A DNA stretch of 57,111 nucleotides from Kiritimatiellia bacterium (GTDB taxonomy: Bacteria; Verrucomicrobiota; Kiritimatiellia; RFP12; UBA1067), in the NCBI GenBank assembly GCA_017650345.1, contig JAGCFB010000070.1, forward strand, positions 1-57,111, written 5' to 3'. The number at the start of each line of letters is the position of its first letter. Position 1 is the stretch's first letter. This document shows, in pieces, positions 55,701 to 57,111 of this stretch. Both the position numbers and the translations under genes were made by a program. Under the pieces are notes generated by a model. The model ran no database searches. It was not told the origin of the DNA and worked only from the letters and a program-made list of their open reading frames with translations.

Positions 55701-57111
55701 CACGTATCTCGGGGACCGCACAAGCCTCGAGCAGGTGCGCTTCCTGTTCGCCGTGTGGAGTCCGTCCGACGGCGCGGCGCGGACGCAGGAGGACTTCATC
55801 TGCCTCGTCCCCTGGGGCGGATCCGGCGGATCGGAGACCATCGACGCGACCGGCGGACGAGTCACGCCGCCCGCGCGTTACGGGTGCTCCTTCGACGGGT
55901 ACTTCACGAAGCCCAACGGCGGCGGCGAGAAGATAATCGACGCCAACGGCGCCGTCACAGTGTCCGCGCCGCCTTTCGACGAGACGCGCTTCCTCTATGC
56001 ATCCTGGACGCGGACCCTGCCTCCGGTCGCGGTGACGCTCGATCCGAACGGCGGAACCCTCGCCGGCGGCGACGGCGCGGCGTCGTCCGTCGTGACCGTG
56101 GAGCTCGGCACGCCCCTGCGCTTCCCGCCGGTGGCGACGCGGACCGGATACGTCTTCGCCGGATGGTGGACCGCCGAGGAGGGCGGCAGCGAGGCGGACG
56201 CATACTATTCCATAAACAGTCCGAGGACGCTCTACGCGGCATGGACGCCGGAGACGTACGCAATCACATACGCCCTTGACGGCGGAACGAACGCGGAGGG
56301 CAATCCGGCGAAGTACGAGTACGGCGATCTCGTCGCGCTCGATCCGCCGGTCCGCACCGGATACGAATTCCTCGGCTGGCAGGAGGGCGTACGCATCCGC
56401 CGCGGAGAGACCGGCGCCAGGAGCTTCACCGCCCAGTGGATCGCCATTCCCGAGCTGCCTGATCCGGGGACAGACCCCGAGCCGGAGCCGGAACCCGAGC
56501 CTGAGCCTGAACCTGAACCGGAGCCTGAGCCCGAGCCGGAACCAGAGCCGGTTACGCCGACGCCGATCTCTCCGACGCCGACGCCGGAGCCTGAGCCGGA
56601 ACCCACGCCAGGTCCGGGGACAGACCCCACGCCGGAGCCGGAACCGGAGCCTGTGGAGACGTATGAACTTGTCTCCGAGGTTGCGGGCACGGCGCCTGGG
56701 GCTATGAGCGAGTACAACGGATACCTGGTCGATGCGGCGGGGAACGTTAAGGGAACGATCCAGGTAAAGGTCGGAAAGCCTAACGCGAAGACGGGCATTG
56801 CGTCCGTGAAGGGGACCGTCGTCCCGGTCGGCGGAAAGAAGACGACCATAAAGGCGAACGGAAACGGCAAGGCGAAGATCGAGACGACCGGACCCACCAC
56901 GCTTCCTTTCGCCGGAGGCGAGGCGTGCAGCGTCACGCTCGGCGCGAAGGGGATGTCCGGCAGCTACGGCGCATGGACGATCGACGGCGTGAGGAATCTG
57001 CTCGCTTCCAAGGACAAGGCGGAGAAGGCGTCCGCCGAGGCGGCGTTCGCTCCGCTGAAGACGACGCTGAACATCGTCTGGGACGGCGGAGTCGCGGCGC
57101 TGACCGTCGCG
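52735..57111 (+). CDS. Secreted right-handed parallel beta-helix repeat protein with C-terminal Listeria-Bacteroides repeats and an (EP)n linker; 3'-truncated by the window end
   Basis: This ORF is absent from the supplied track because it has no stop. I translated frame 1 from ATG 52735 to 57111 by hand and found no stop (1,459 codons). Signal peptide [29 protein letters not shown]. There are many PbH1-like turns (GNxIxxAGxNGI, NGIxxxxS). L-B repeats [11 protein letters not shown] and [11 protein letters not shown] are present. The EP run lies at 56476-56550. Confidence 0.85.
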   Translation, partial: MNFSDFSRKAAWIVSCVAMVFAAAPSRGASVVDVASFGAEPGSSDSAATRIAFQSALDVAKTNGTALVVRVGPGTYLLDRTLHIYSNTKLSLDENAVLVRRDSIDKTMLMGMHLASDGSKCLREASCSHGGYSQVRNVTIEGGVWDAAASAGENVGILHLCHGSNIVVRAGVFKHATNHAINMSATCDSLVSSCTFSDQVRYTGTDPDFWGDIPVGDDSRFPAIETIHLDSATHVGETGNYPEDGTPCVGAVVKDCVFANVFAGAGNHHEYSAAASRPRGLDVTGCRFSGLLGAAVMAFGFDGVNVADNQFYAGARLVQGDGSTGVDILRNSASSAANQAIALRRCEGSRIFSNDLEYTKEHAVAIDGGSAKVADNDIDETGQFGIYAYGGATLSASGNTIRSAGSNGIAAESSVLVAQDNLIDGAKGAGIYLADAPGSSVTICTVVGPASHGIVAQRSNAVRLTGNSVQNSVGNGILFMECDRAEASDNWVQGSGGHAFCCSGGSATLTDNIAYETEQNGVYVAGGAAVTATRTIVSDAKMHGMCLLGAGTTEIADGSIYSAAKCGVCIVETSDAKVCGMQIRDPGENGVKIDKSSSVSVACSLLVGTSDHAFLVTDSEGCIFDGNLVEAAGKCGLYAKSSASQTIARNRILEPDQNALVLDGCTGSAVLTNELVSSGAYGIAVSGGDASLVGNAIVDPETFGVFAKEAEGLRIVGNKVGGSGSTGLALMSCTSAEVAYNVVTNAGAHGITCNGGSATLAGNTVSGTAKDGFYVENGAEVRIEDNTLYELGQRGICINSARADVLWNMMWDVATMGVLLDTADGSTVQGNQMSSVSGPGVQVSSTKDAVIAENVVSSDKKGIFVNGKTGGIPASATVVSNVVESATDYDIYFGPACDAGEMNCNVSLGKTGCGVSSASSNYITVGNPIPLDSSATLLKCGGTGGDDWIDPDGPAALGQIAVPTRDGCVFEGYCMKPCGAGEMIVAADGTYLGDRTSLEQVRFLFAVWSPSDGAARTQEDFICLVPWGGSGGSETIDATGGRVTPPARYGCSFDGYFTKPNGGGEKIIDANGAVTVSAPPFDETRFLYASWTRTLPPVAVTLDPNGGTLAGGDGAASSVVTVELGTPLRFPPVATRTGYVFAGWWTAEEGGSEADAYYSINSPRTLYAAWTPETYAITYALDGGTNAEGNPAKYEYGDLVALDPPVRTGYEFLGWQEGVRIRRGETGARSFTAQWIAIPELPDPGTDPEPEPEPEPEPEPEPEPEPEPEPEPVTPTPISPTPTPEPEPEPTPGPGTDPTPEPEPEPVETYELVSEVAGTAPGAMSEYNGYLVDAAGNVKGTIQVKVGKPNAKTGIASVKGTVVPVGGKKTTIKANGNGKAKIETTGPTTLPFAGGEACSVTLGAKGMSGSYGAWTIDGVRNLLASKDKAEKASAEAAFAPLKTTLNIVWDGGVAALTVA

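Noticed and set aside
56476-56550. (EP)n-coding run as a slippage-prone microsatellite
   Set aside because: The codons are heterogeneous (GAG/GAA and four Pro codons), so there is no perfect DNA repeat. It is better explained as a selected peptide linker.

Overview
Visibly GC-rich bacterial window that looks like a whole contig: it starts inside a CRISPR array and ends inside a repeat-rich gene. Every gene I can support is on the + strand. Packing is tight, with eight ATGA/TGATG stop-start overlaps. The long minus-strand ORFs in the track are codon-aligned mirror frames of the + genes and I do not call them.

Gene order:
(1) 1-335: leader-distal end of a type I-E-like CRISPR array. No cas genes are in the window.
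(2) 672-2060: an unusual ORF fusing an HUH/Y1 (IS200/RAYT-like) transposase domain to a DprA/SLOG-like domain. It contains two 100%-identical triple-hairpin elements in frame and is bracketed by two copies of a 70-nt promoter+leader module.
(3) A gluzincin-like HEXXH protein and GluQRS.
(4) 4606-25785: a ~21-kb operon made of two 'small coiled-coil lipoprotein + giant secreted LamG protein' modules (1,804 aa + 897 aa separated only by an in-frame TAG; then 4,058 aa).
(5) ackA-pta-kpsF.
(6) 29176-37053: a five-gene pilMNOPQ-like secretin cluster that I believe corresponds to Akkermansia Amuc_1102-1098, including an Amuc_1100-like gene. No pilin or ATPase genes are nearby.
(7) coaE, rho, a 1,365-aa Listeria-Bacteroides-repeat surface protein, and uvrA.
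(8) tRNA-Leu(UAA) abutting a secreted alpha/beta hydrolase gene, an orphan OppF-type ABC ATPase, SppA, and a DUF58 / DUF4381-like / BatA-like trio.
(9) 52735 to the window end: a 5'-complete, 3'-truncated beta-helix surface protein behind a consensus sigma70 promoter and a C12 homopolymer.

Most unusual items:
- the Y1/DprA-like ORF with embedded hairpin elements next to the CRISPR end;
- a GCGAGAC-repeat palindromic element present once in the ackA-pta spacer and once, inverted and in frame, inside uvrA;
- the duplicated lipoprotein + giant-protein modules;
- the PVC-type secretin cluster.

The taxonomic guess (PVC superphylum: Verrucomicrobiota, Lentisphaerota or Kiritimatiellota-like) is inference only. 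All protein family calls come from motif recognition by eye, not from searches.
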